A stretch of 32,000 nt of DNA from NCBI RefSeq assembly GCF_035285525.1, contig NZ_JAYKGW010000182.1, positions 29,706-61,705 on the forward strand, read 5' to 3'. A model generated the notes under the pieces. That model was not told the origin of the DNA, made no database searches, and saw only the letters and a program-made list of their open reading frames with translations. Shown here in pieces: positions 8,984 through 16,715 of the stretch (positions within the stretch are counted from its first letter, which is position 1; every line of letters starts with the position of its first letter). This stretch comes from Okeania sp. (GTDB lineage: Bacteria; Cyanobacteriota; Cyanobacteriia; Cyanobacteriales; Microcoleaceae). A program made the position numbers and the translations under genes.

Positions 8984-9306
8984 ACAAATACAGAAATTAT
9001 ATTGAGCAAATAATTAAAAAATACGGACAATATAAACCATCTTATGGAGAGGTAGAAGTACAAACAATTTTCGACCGGAAAAGCGACCATTATCAACTTT
9101 TAAATGTCGGTTGGGATGGCAATGAAAGAATTCGAGGTTGTGTTTTACAAATAGATATTAAAAATGAAAAAATCTGGATACAACATGATGGAACAGAAAT
9201 TGGTATTGCTGGTGAATTAGTAGATTTAGGAGTTCCATCATCAGATATTGTTCTGGCTTTTCATGCACCTTATAAACGAAAATATACAGGTTTTGCTGTA
9301 GAATAA
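8971..9306 (+). CDS. xisI: XisI-family protein
   Basis: MEKLDKYRNYIEQIIKKY..VQTIFDRKSDHYQLLNVGWDGNERIRGCVLQIDIKNEKIWIQHDGTEIGIAGELVDLGVPSSDIVLAFHAPYKRKYTGFAV is typical XisI. It is in the usual overlapping position behind xisH. Confidence 0.9.
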   Translation: MEKLDKYRNYIEQIIKKYGQYKPSYGEVEVQTIFDRKSDHYQLLNVGWDGNERIRGCVLQIDIKNEKIWIQHDGTEIGIAGELVDLGVPSSDIVLAFHAPYKRKYTGFAVE

Positions 9307-9389
9307 ATTAGGGAATTTGAAAGTCAAAAGTCAAAAATTAAAAGCAATATTATATAGCTATAAAAGATGATTCCTGAAAAAAACCGTAG

Positions 9390-9420
9390 GGGTTTGGTCT
9401 CCAAACCCATTTACTTTTTC
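9390..9420 (+). terminator. Candidate intrinsic terminator after xisI
   Basis: Stem GGGTTTGG (9390-9397) / CCAAACCC (9401-9408) with loop TCT, followed by ATTTACTTTTT. Confidence 0.5.
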
Positions 9421-9542
9421 CACCAGAAAATTATTTAATGGATTAGACATCTCCAAAAATGCAAAATCAAATCAATTCTTATCCATAAATTATCAATTCT
9501 TTCTTCCTGTTCCCACCTTCTGTGTTCCCTGTTCCCTCTTTT

Positions 9543-9970
9543 CTAGAGATGTCTATTGGGAGAAGATTCAGGAGCAGAAAATGATAACTGCACAAACTTT
9601 TCTAGAAAACTAAAACCATAATCTACTTGTTTAATAGACCTATCATTTCCATTTTCCCAATCTTGATTTTCTTTAGCAACTGAAGCGAGAAAAAGAATCA
9701 CATCTTTTTGTTTAAAACTTATCGAAGCTGCTACCTTTTCCCAATCCATTCCCAAAATAAAAATTAAATTCTAGTCATCAGAAATGATCATATTTAGACC
9801 TGGCAATAAATCAGCAAATTTACCCAATTCGCAACGATCGAGGTCATCAATAAAAACATAGATTTTCTCATTTTTTCCTACATAAACACCAACAATTTTA
9901 GAAAAATATTCGTGAAACTTTTCAATAAAAGCAGCTTCCTTTTCATAATCAGAAAACTTTTGATCGTCTG
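9543..9970 (-). pseudogene. Internal fragment of a KAP-family P-loop NTPase gene
   Basis: Minus-strand translation gives ..KFSDYEKEAAFIEKFHEYFSKIVGVYVGKNEKIYVFIDDLDRCELGKFADLLPGLNMIISDD*NLIFILGMDWEKVAASI..FLEKFVQLSF... IDDLDRC is the KAP Walker B block. An in-frame TAG lies at 9771-9773. No Walker A region is present upstream (repeat DNA instead), and the 3' end is truncated. Confidence 0.7.
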
Positions 9971-10175
9971 ATAGCTGACAGCTAAGAACTAATAGCTGAA
10001 TGGGAGCGCGTTCCGCAGGAAATGCTGATAATTAATAGGGAGTAAAAGCCGACAACTATTGTCGTTAATAAAAATAGCAGAACTACTTATCAAATCAATA
10101 AAAGTATTCAATATCACTTGATAAATTTTATGTTATAATAAATATAAATATTTTTACTCATAAGGATGAAATGTG

Positions 10176-11147
10176 ATGGCAGAAAATCAACGGGATTTTA
10201 CTGTTGCTATTCGAGCATATAATGCAGCAGATCGTTTACCTGATATAATAGATAAACTCAAAATTCAAGAAGGAACAGAAAAGATAAATTGGGAGATTGT
10301 TATAGTTGATAATAATAGCAAGGACAATACAGCTCAAATAATCGCTAATTATCAATCTAATTGGCAAGAAAAGTTTCCTCTCAAATATTTCCTAGAAACT
10401 CGACAAGGAGCATCTATTGCTAGAAAAACCGCAATGGAAAAAGCCCAAGGTTATTATGTCGGTTTTTTAGATGATGATAATTTACCTGCTCCTGACTGGG
10501 TAGTTCAAGCTTATAATTTTGGTAAATCACATCCTCAAGCTGGTGCTTATGGAGGACAAATTCATGGAGAATTTGAAGTTGAACCACCTCATAACTTTAA
10601 GAAAATAGCTCCTTATTTGGCAATTATTGAACGAGGAGATCAACCATTTTCTTATAATGAACATAAGAAAAAAGTTTTGCCACCAGGAGCTGGTATTGTT
10701 ATCTGTAAAAAAGCATGGTTAGAAAATGTTCCTAAAAGTTTATTACTCACAGGGCCTTCTGGAAAATCTTTAGCACTTAAGGGAGAAGATTTAGAAATTT
10801 TATCTCATATACAAAATGGAGGATGGGAAATTTGGTACAACCCTAATATGCACCTCTATCATCAGATACCTTCTTGGAGGTTAGAACGAAATTATTTAGT
10901 ATCCTTAGCAAGTAATTCAGGGTTACACAGACATCATATTAGAATGATCAGATTGAAATTTTGGCAGAAACCTTTAGGGTTTTTGGCTTATTTAGTTAAT
11001 GATTCTTACAAGGCTCTATTGTACTTTATTAAAAATTATAGTTTGCTAAAAACTGATACAGTTATTGCTTGTGAAATGGGACTATTATTAAGTATTTTAG
11101 TAAGTCCATTTTATCTATGGAGAGTACAGTTATTGAGAAAAATTTAA
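10176..11147 (+). CDS. GT2 glycosyltransferase, HpsE-family-like paralogue
   Basis: FTVAIRAYNAADRLP..VIVDNNSKDNT..GFLDDDN..GGWEIWYNPNMHLYHQIPSWRLERNYL..VSPFYLW. About 45-50% identical by eye to 3240..4244. The ATG at 10176 lies 9 nt after AAGGA; the GTG at 10173 is an alternative start. Confidence 0.8.
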   Translation: MAENQRDFTVAIRAYNAADRLPDIIDKLKIQEGTEKINWEIVIVDNNSKDNTAQIIANYQSNWQEKFPLKYFLETRQGASIARKTAMEKAQGYYVGFLDDDNLPAPDWVVQAYNFGKSHPQAGAYGGQIHGEFEVEPPHNFKKIAPYLAIIERGDQPFSYNEHKKKVLPPGAGIVICKKAWLENVPKSLLLTGPSGKSLALKGEDLEILSHIQNGGWEIWYNPNMHLYHQIPSWRLERNYLVSLASNSGLHRHHIRMIRLKFWQKPLGFLAYLVNDSYKALLYFIKNYSLLKTDTVIACEMGLLLSILVSPFYLWRVQLLRKI

Positions 11148-11188
11148 CCTATTTGCCTAGATAGATAGTCGAGAGGATGAACTAATTA

Positions 11189-12259
11189 ATGAAAGAAAAA
11201 ATCAAATTAGTAGTACCAGAGTCGGGAATAGAATTTCTAAAGTCAATATCAGATCGGATTAGAAAAAACACTTTGAGTTTGTTTGTGAAGTCAAAATTTT
11301 TGAGTTCTCTACACTATGTTTTGTTATCAAATAAGTTTGGTAGAGAACATCAAGGTGTTATTTATGGTCAATTAAAATATGATGAAGACCTCAAATCTAG
11401 TCTAGAAAGTCAATATTTATTAAGGCGTAATATTCATCGTCTTGAGAAAGGAATTATTATGAAGAATAGACGTGATGTTTTCGCTCTTGATTATATAGAA
11501 GAAACAGTGAAATGTTACGAATATGCTGTTGTTAATAACAAACAAGAAATTTCTCAATCAGATGAATTACAATGGGCGAGAGATGTTTTATCAAATTACT
11601 TTGATATTGTTAGTTCCCATCCAGTTATTGATAAAGTAAAAACTACTTTCTTAGCTCTTAATACCAAATCAAAAGATGAAAAAAAACGCATTCCTTATAA
11701 ACGAGAATTAACTAATCCACCTCCGGTATCTTATGAAAATTTATTAGAGCTTTCACACAGACGTAGATCGGTGAGATGGTATTTGCAAAAAACTGTTCCA
11801 CGAAATTTAATAGATCAAGCTATTTTAATAGCAGCACAATCTCCCAGCGCATGTAATCGCCAACCTTTTGAATTTAGAATCTTTGATGAACCAGAATTGG
11901 TTAAAAAAGTTTCATCAATACCAATGGGAACTAGAGGATTTAACCATAATTTCCCTGTTATTGTTGTAGTAGTTGGTAAACTTAGAGCATATTTTGATGA
12001 AAGAGATCGCCATGTAATATACATAGATGGATCGCTAGCCTCTATGTCATTCATGTACGCTTTAGAAACATTAGGACTTAGCTCTTGTCCAATTAATTGG
12101 CCTGATATAGAAGAGTCAGAGAAGAAAATGACTTCTTGTCTTAATTTAGAGCCAGATGAGCGGGTAATTATGCTTATTTCTGTTGGCTATCCCGATCCTG
12201 ATGGAATGGTTCCCTATTCTCAGAAAAAAGAACTCGATTTACTAAGGAGGTATAACTAA
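11189..12259 (+). CDS. Nitroreductase-family (FMN) protein with an N-terminal extension of about 170 aa
   Basis: The C-terminal half has RRSVRWY..IAAQSPSACNRQPFEF..ISVGYPD, matching nitroreductase-fold blocks. The N-terminal half was not recognised. Confidence 0.7.
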   Translation: MKEKIKLVVPESGIEFLKSISDRIRKNTLSLFVKSKFLSSLHYVLLSNKFGREHQGVIYGQLKYDEDLKSSLESQYLLRRNIHRLEKGIIMKNRRDVFALDYIEETVKCYEYAVVNNKQEISQSDELQWARDVLSNYFDIVSSHPVIDKVKTTFLALNTKSKDEKKRIPYKRELTNPPPVSYENLLELSHRRRSVRWYLQKTVPRNLIDQAILIAAQSPSACNRQPFEFRIFDEPELVKKVSSIPMGTRGFNHNFPVIVVVVGKLRAYFDERDRHVIYIDGSLASMSFMYALETLGLSSCPINWPDIEESEKKMTSCLNLEPDERVIMLISVGYPDPDGMVPYSQKKELDLLRRYN

Positions 12260-12260
12260 T

Positions 12261-13424
12261 ATGATATTTGAAATTCAAGGTGTAGATTTTATCAATAAAG
12301 GTGGGGAATTAATGACTCATGCTGTTGTGCAGCATTTTGATTCTTCAGAAAAAAAGGATATTGTCGCAGCTCATTTAAGAATGGGAACTTTTGAACAAAG
12401 GGAAAAAACTTCATTATATCATTTAACGTGGGCTTATGTTGAGAAATTTCCTCAAGCTGGTTCTTTAATAAATAATCTGAGTAGTTTTTTGCCTCAAAAA
12501 TTACGTCGTTCCTTCAAGTTAATTACTGCCAAAGAAGTTCAAGCTATATTGGATGCTTCTGGTTTTACTTATGGGGATCAGCAGGGAGCCAGAATGATAG
12601 AAATAATGGCAAATAGAATTAAGACCCGGAAAAAAGAAGGCAAAAAGATTATATTATTACCTCAAGCTTTTGGACCATTTAAGTCGAAGCGTGTTAGGGA
12701 AGCTTTTTTGGAAATATTAGAAAACGCAGACTTAGTATTTGCTAGAGATGAAATTTCTTATCAGTATCTTCAGGAAATTCAGGGTTTAGTGAAAAATTGC
12801 CCGCCGATAAAAATATCACCTGATTTTACTAACTTAGTTAAAGGTAAAGTACCTGAATATTTTGATAAAAAGTTGCGTAGGGGTTGTATTGTTCCTAATT
12901 ATAGAATGGTACAAAGAACTACTAAAGAGATTAAAGAAAAATATATATCTTTTTTGGCTTTGTGTGTTAAATATCTCATCAAGAAAGAAATAGAGCCATT
13001 TGTTTTAATTCACGAAACCAAAACAGATTATGAACTAGCTTTACAACTACAAACTCAAGTGGGGCGATCGCTAGAAATAATTCAAGAACAATCACCTTTA
13101 TATATTAAAGGTATATTAGGTAATTCTTTTATAGTTATTGGTTCTAGATTCCATAGTTTAGTTAGTACCCTTTCTCAAGCGGTTCCTTGTCTAGGTACAG
13201 GATGGAGTCATAAATATCAAATGCTCTTTGATGACTACAACTGTTCAGAATGTTTAATATCTCCTGCCGATCCAGAGGAAAAAGTATACAATGCTTTGGA
13301 TATTATAGTAGAAGAACCAAGTCGTTCAGATATTATTAATCGGTTGAATGTAGCAAGTCAAGAGCAGAAAAAACTAACCTCTGAGATGTGGCAGGAAGTT
13401 GAGCAATTTCTACAATATAAATAA
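12261..13424 (+). CDS. Polysaccharide pyruvyl transferase family protein (CsaB/WcaK-like)
   Basis: 387 aa with GSRFHSLVSTLSQAVPCLGTGWSHKY, the PS_pyruv_trans-type G-x-R-x-H...P block. The start is 1 nt after the upstream stop, with AAGGAGG at 12244-12250. Confidence 0.7.
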   Translation: MIFEIQGVDFINKGGELMTHAVVQHFDSSEKKDIVAAHLRMGTFEQREKTSLYHLTWAYVEKFPQAGSLINNLSSFLPQKLRRSFKLITAKEVQAILDASGFTYGDQQGARMIEIMANRIKTRKKEGKKIILLPQAFGPFKSKRVREAFLEILENADLVFARDEISYQYLQEIQGLVKNCPPIKISPDFTNLVKGKVPEYFDKKLRRGCIVPNYRMVQRTTKEIKEKYISFLALCVKYLIKKEIEPFVLIHETKTDYELALQLQTQVGRSLEIIQEQSPLYIKGILGNSFIVIGSRFHSLVSTLSQAVPCLGTGWSHKYQMLFDDYNCSECLISPADPEEKVYNALDIIVEEPSRSDIINRLNVASQEQKKLTSEMWQEVEQFLQYK

Positions 13425-13629
13425 AAATAAATATTGTTGAAAATGTGACTCATAAAAATAGACTTCTCTGATAATTAATCTTAAACTCTTGAATTGTCTC
13501 GGTAAAAATTTAGTTTTTTGGAGATGTCTAGTACATTGGTCGATTCTTTTCAATGGCCATATTAGGAGCTAGACACTGTAATGAAATCATTAGGTTGAAT
13601 TAGACATTACAGTTGCCTAACCTCTTTGA

Positions 13630-14535
13630 TTAATTCCATCCAAGGGGCTTACCTATTCCACACCTTCCAATAATAGGCTGAAGATTCCAATATATAGGTT
13701 CCACTTCAGTGCTATCGAACTTTGTTTTCATAACACAAACTCCGATGACTCCAAGATCCATAGCATCTGCAAACTCAGATCGTTTACTGAGAATATTCCA
13801 TGCATCACGCATATCAGATGACCATGATATATCGTCAAAAATGACTACAGAATTAGGGTTCAGAAATGGTAGTAGTCTATTAAAATAATGTATTGTAGCT
13901 GTTTTTTCATGGTGGCCGTCAATATAGGCAAGGTCAATCTTAGAGTCTAATGATGGTAGTTCAGAGTCGATTGCTTCATCAAACAGAGCGTTTATTACCT
14001 TGACATTTTTTATAGACTTGAGGCTTTCCTGGGCAATTTTTGCTAAAGCCTCAGATCCTTCTACTGTTATAAATTTTTTCAGGTTAGGAGCTGAAGACAG
14101 ATAGATTCCTGAAATACCAGCACAAGCTCCTAATTCAATTCCCACTGAAGACTCAAACTCTCTTGCTATTAGATAAAGTGCAGTCCCCCATGTCTTGTTT
14201 TTTCCAGTCTTTGCAATATCTCTCATTGTGAACTCTAAGACCTTACCTGTTTGCGGGCGTGCATCAATGCTGGAATCATTACCTGAGCTTCCCGGCTTCG
14301 GAGAATAATATATTTCTATTCTCTTATCACCCTGACTCGCAATTTCTCTTCGCCTATCTTCGGCAAGCTTTGCTACAGCAGCGGTATTTTCGTCTACAGT
14401 CCTAGTTACCAAATAATTCAACACAGGTCTCATTTGTTTCGGCAAGCCAGTTGAAATAAGCCTAGAAACTCTTTTTATTCTGAAACCACGCATAATGGCA
14501 GAGTCGAATATTGCATTAGCTAACTTTCTGATCAT
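13630..14535 (-). CDS. Class I SAM-dependent methyltransferase (O-methyltransferase-like)
   Basis: VGIELGACAGISGIYL is a motif I glycine-rich loop, and DLAYIDGHHEKTATIHYF is typical of the Methyltransf_24/TylF-like group. 301 aa. Confidence 0.7.
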   Translation of the reverse strand: MIRKLANAIFDSAIMRGFRIKRVSRLISTGLPKQMRPVLNYLVTRTVDENTAAVAKLAEDRRREIASQGDKRIEIYYSPKPGSSGNDSSIDARPQTGKVLEFTMRDIAKTGKNKTWGTALYLIAREFESSVGIELGACAGISGIYLSSAPNLKKFITVEGSEALAKIAQESLKSIKNVKVINALFDEAIDSELPSLDSKIDLAYIDGHHEKTATIHYFNRLLPFLNPNSVVIFDDISWSSDMRDAWNILSKRSEFADAMDLGVIGVCVMKTKFDSTEVEPIYWNLQPIIGRCGIGKPLGWN

Positions 14536-14666
14536 AATAATTATTTTTTAAAATTTTAGATTATTATAAGCCACATTCCACACTTCAATTTTTACCATGA
14601 AAATTAGCATGAAAAACAGTAGTTTGTTAGATATCTATTACTTTAAACTTCAAAAAGCATGAGTGA

Positions 14667-14705
14667 ATAACTAACAACTGGATAACTAACAACTGGATAA
14701 CTAAC
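14667..14705. repeat. 15-bp tandem repeat ATAACTAACAACTGG x2.6, directly abutting the stop codon of the S4-domain gene
   Basis: Read directly from the sequence. Confidence 0.8.
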
Positions 14706-15485
14706 TTAAACATACCTTGTTAGATTTACCCGATAACGTTCTTTTTTAGTAATAGCAACTTCCCCTACTTCTAACCTCCCTTTTCCGCGAATGGCAATTA
14801 AATCTCCCGATTTAACTTGATAACTTGCCTGACTAATTTCTTTCCAATTAACTCTTACATCTCCCCCATCAATTAAGTCTACCATTTTACTCCGAGACAT
14901 TCCAAAACCTGCGGAAGCAACTGCATCTAATCTCATCGAAGCTTCTACAGTTGTTAACTCTTTCTTTTTCGGTTCTCTTATTCTTAATTCACTCAATTCT
15001 ATGGGTTTAATTTTAACAGGAACCGACCGAACTTGTTGAAAATTCATTTCTAAATATTCTACCAGTTCAGGAATTACTATTGCCTGGGCACCTCGTTCTC
15101 CTAAAACAATAATATCCCCCGTTTTTTCTCTAACGATTCCTGTTCCTAACATCGAACCTAAAAAGTCTCGGTGAGTAGCAGTATCGAACAGAAAATTTCC
15201 CTCAATATTAATAGCTTGTAATTCCACACTTCGTATATCAATAGGTAAATCAGAACGAGCGATCGCTAATCTTTTTCGTTCAGCTTGAGGATAACCACCC
15301 CATGAAATTATTTCTACTTCAGTTAACTTTTTAAATATTGTTTCTGACTCAAATATTTCTGGTGGAGATAAAAAATCACTTTGAGTAATTTCCCAAGTTT
15401 TAATAGCTTGTTCAGCTAAGTCTATTATTCTGGTAATAGTATCGCGATTTTCGATTCCTTTAAGTAATTCTTCTTTTGGTAACAT
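14706..15485 (-). CDS. Photosystem II S4 domain protein (YlmH-like RNA-binding protein)
   Basis: 259 aa. MLPKEELLKGIENRD..DFLSPPE..WGGYPQAERKRLAI..FLFDTATHRDFLGSMLGTGIVREKTGDIIVLGERGAQAIV..ASMRLDAVASAGFGMSRSKMVDLI..GDVRVNWKE matches the conserved cyanobacterial family. Confidence 0.85.
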   Translation of the reverse strand: MLPKEELLKGIENRDTITRIIDLAEQAIKTWEITQSDFLSPPEIFESETIFKKLTEVEIISWGGYPQAERKRLAIARSDLPIDIRSVELQAINIEGNFLFDTATHRDFLGSMLGTGIVREKTGDIIVLGERGAQAIVIPELVEYLEMNFQQVRSVPVKIKPIELSELRIREPKKKELTTVEASMRLDAVASAGFGMSRSKMVDLIDGGDVRVNWKEISQASYQVKSGDLIAIRGKGRLEVGEVAITKKERYRVNLTRYV

Positions 15486-15505
15486 AATTTTTTATAAGTA
15501 AAAAG

Positions 15506-15531
15506 GAAGAAGGAAGAAGGAAGAAGGAAGT
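15506..15531. repeat. Heptamer array GGAAGAA x3.7
   Basis: Read directly. An inverted counterpart lies at 16016-16034, and a related purine tract at 19660-19680. Confidence 0.8.
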
Positions 15532-16015
15532 TAAGAGGAAAGAAGTAAGAGGAAAGAATAAATCAATTAAAGATGTGGAAAAGAGGCAGTATATTTGTCG
15601 TGCAGGCATCTTGCCGACGATGGATGTACTTTACCAAAGTAGAATCTGCTGTAGGATTTTTATGAACCTTTTTGTATCAAAATTCAGAGTTTGATTTTTT
15701 CTATAAAACTGCCTCCATAACAGTAAGCATTTCACAAGAAATGCTTCAAAAATAGCAAACCATATCTAAATCTAAAAATAGCTTTAAATAAATATCATCT
15801 TTAAAATCAGGTTTGATAGTAAGATTAAATTTACCTCAACTAATAAAGCTATTTAGAACTAAAATAAATAGCTGATTGCTGTTTGTGCAGCATTGCGCAA
15901 GAAATGTTGACTGCTGAATACTTTACTACAATATCCTCTTAAATTATAAACTTTTTACTTCCATAAAAATTATTGTCAAATCAAAATTTTCAGTAATCAT
16001 AAATCTCACTTTTAA

Positions 16016-16034
16016 CTTCTTCCTTCTTCCTTCT
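16016..16034. repeat. Inverted-orientation heptamer array (CTTCTTCCTTCTTCCTTCT, the reverse complement of GGAAGAA units)
   Basis: Read directly. It overlaps the stop codon of 16033..16545. Confidence 0.75.
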
Positions 16035-16545
16035 AACTTTCCGGTGCGGAATATCCTTGAATATTTTCTGGTTTAAACTGATATAAAGTCCGAGTCGCTA
16101 AACGAGTCAAAGCCTCCGAACCTTTCACCACAATTAAATACTTACCCGCCCTCAAACGATTACGATAAGGTAAAGCATCACCACTACCAATAATCAAACC
16201 CACTCCACCACCAACAAAAGTACCACCCATAGCACCAGAAATAGCACCCAATATACCCCCAATAAAATGATTACCAAATTCCCCTGCCCAAGCAAAAGTA
16301 TTCAACCCAGTAATCAGACTAAAAGTAAGACCAGCAGCAAAACCAAAAGGTACGAGCCAAGTAATCATCTGTAGCGTTTGTTTACGGGCCTGCTCATTAG
16401 GATCGATGAGGCCATATTCATCAGCAGATTGATAACCCCGGCCCAATATAGCCACTTGTTCCATAGGCAAACTCTCTTTTTCTAAAGCAGAATAAGCAGC
16501 CTCAGCTTGAATACGGTCTGATAATACAGCGACAAGATAGTTCAT
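16033..16545 (-). CDS. Conserved hypothetical membrane protein (soluble N-domain plus glycine-zipper transmembrane segments)
   Basis: 170-aa ORF with clean coding character. GGILGAISGAMGGTFVGGGVGLIIGSG is glycine-zipper-like. No function was recognised. Confidence 0.6.
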   Translation of the reverse strand: MNYLVAVLSDRIQAEAAYSALEKESLPMEQVAILGRGYQSADEYGLIDPNEQARKQTLQMITWLVPFGFAAGLTFSLITGLNTFAWAGEFGNHFIGGILGAISGAMGGTFVGGGVGLIIGSGDALPYRNRLRAGKYLIVVKGSEALTRLATRTLYQFKPENIQGYSAPES

Positions 16546-16715
16546 AGAAATTAATCAAAGCAATCTAAAATATTTCTGACAATAGATATAAATTATAGGC
16601 CCATACTGGTACTCTGAAGGGTATAGTTGTTATCTAAGGCACAAAAAAATTAAACTGAAGCCAAAGTTTCAGTAACAAAAACAACCAAATAACCCAATTA
16701 TTTCCATAATTACCT

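Noticed and set aside
3240-11147. The inverted HpsE-like paralogues as substrates for inversion of the intervening 6-kb segment
   Set aside because: The two genes are only about 45-50% identical at the protein level by eye. That is far too diverged for homologous recombination.
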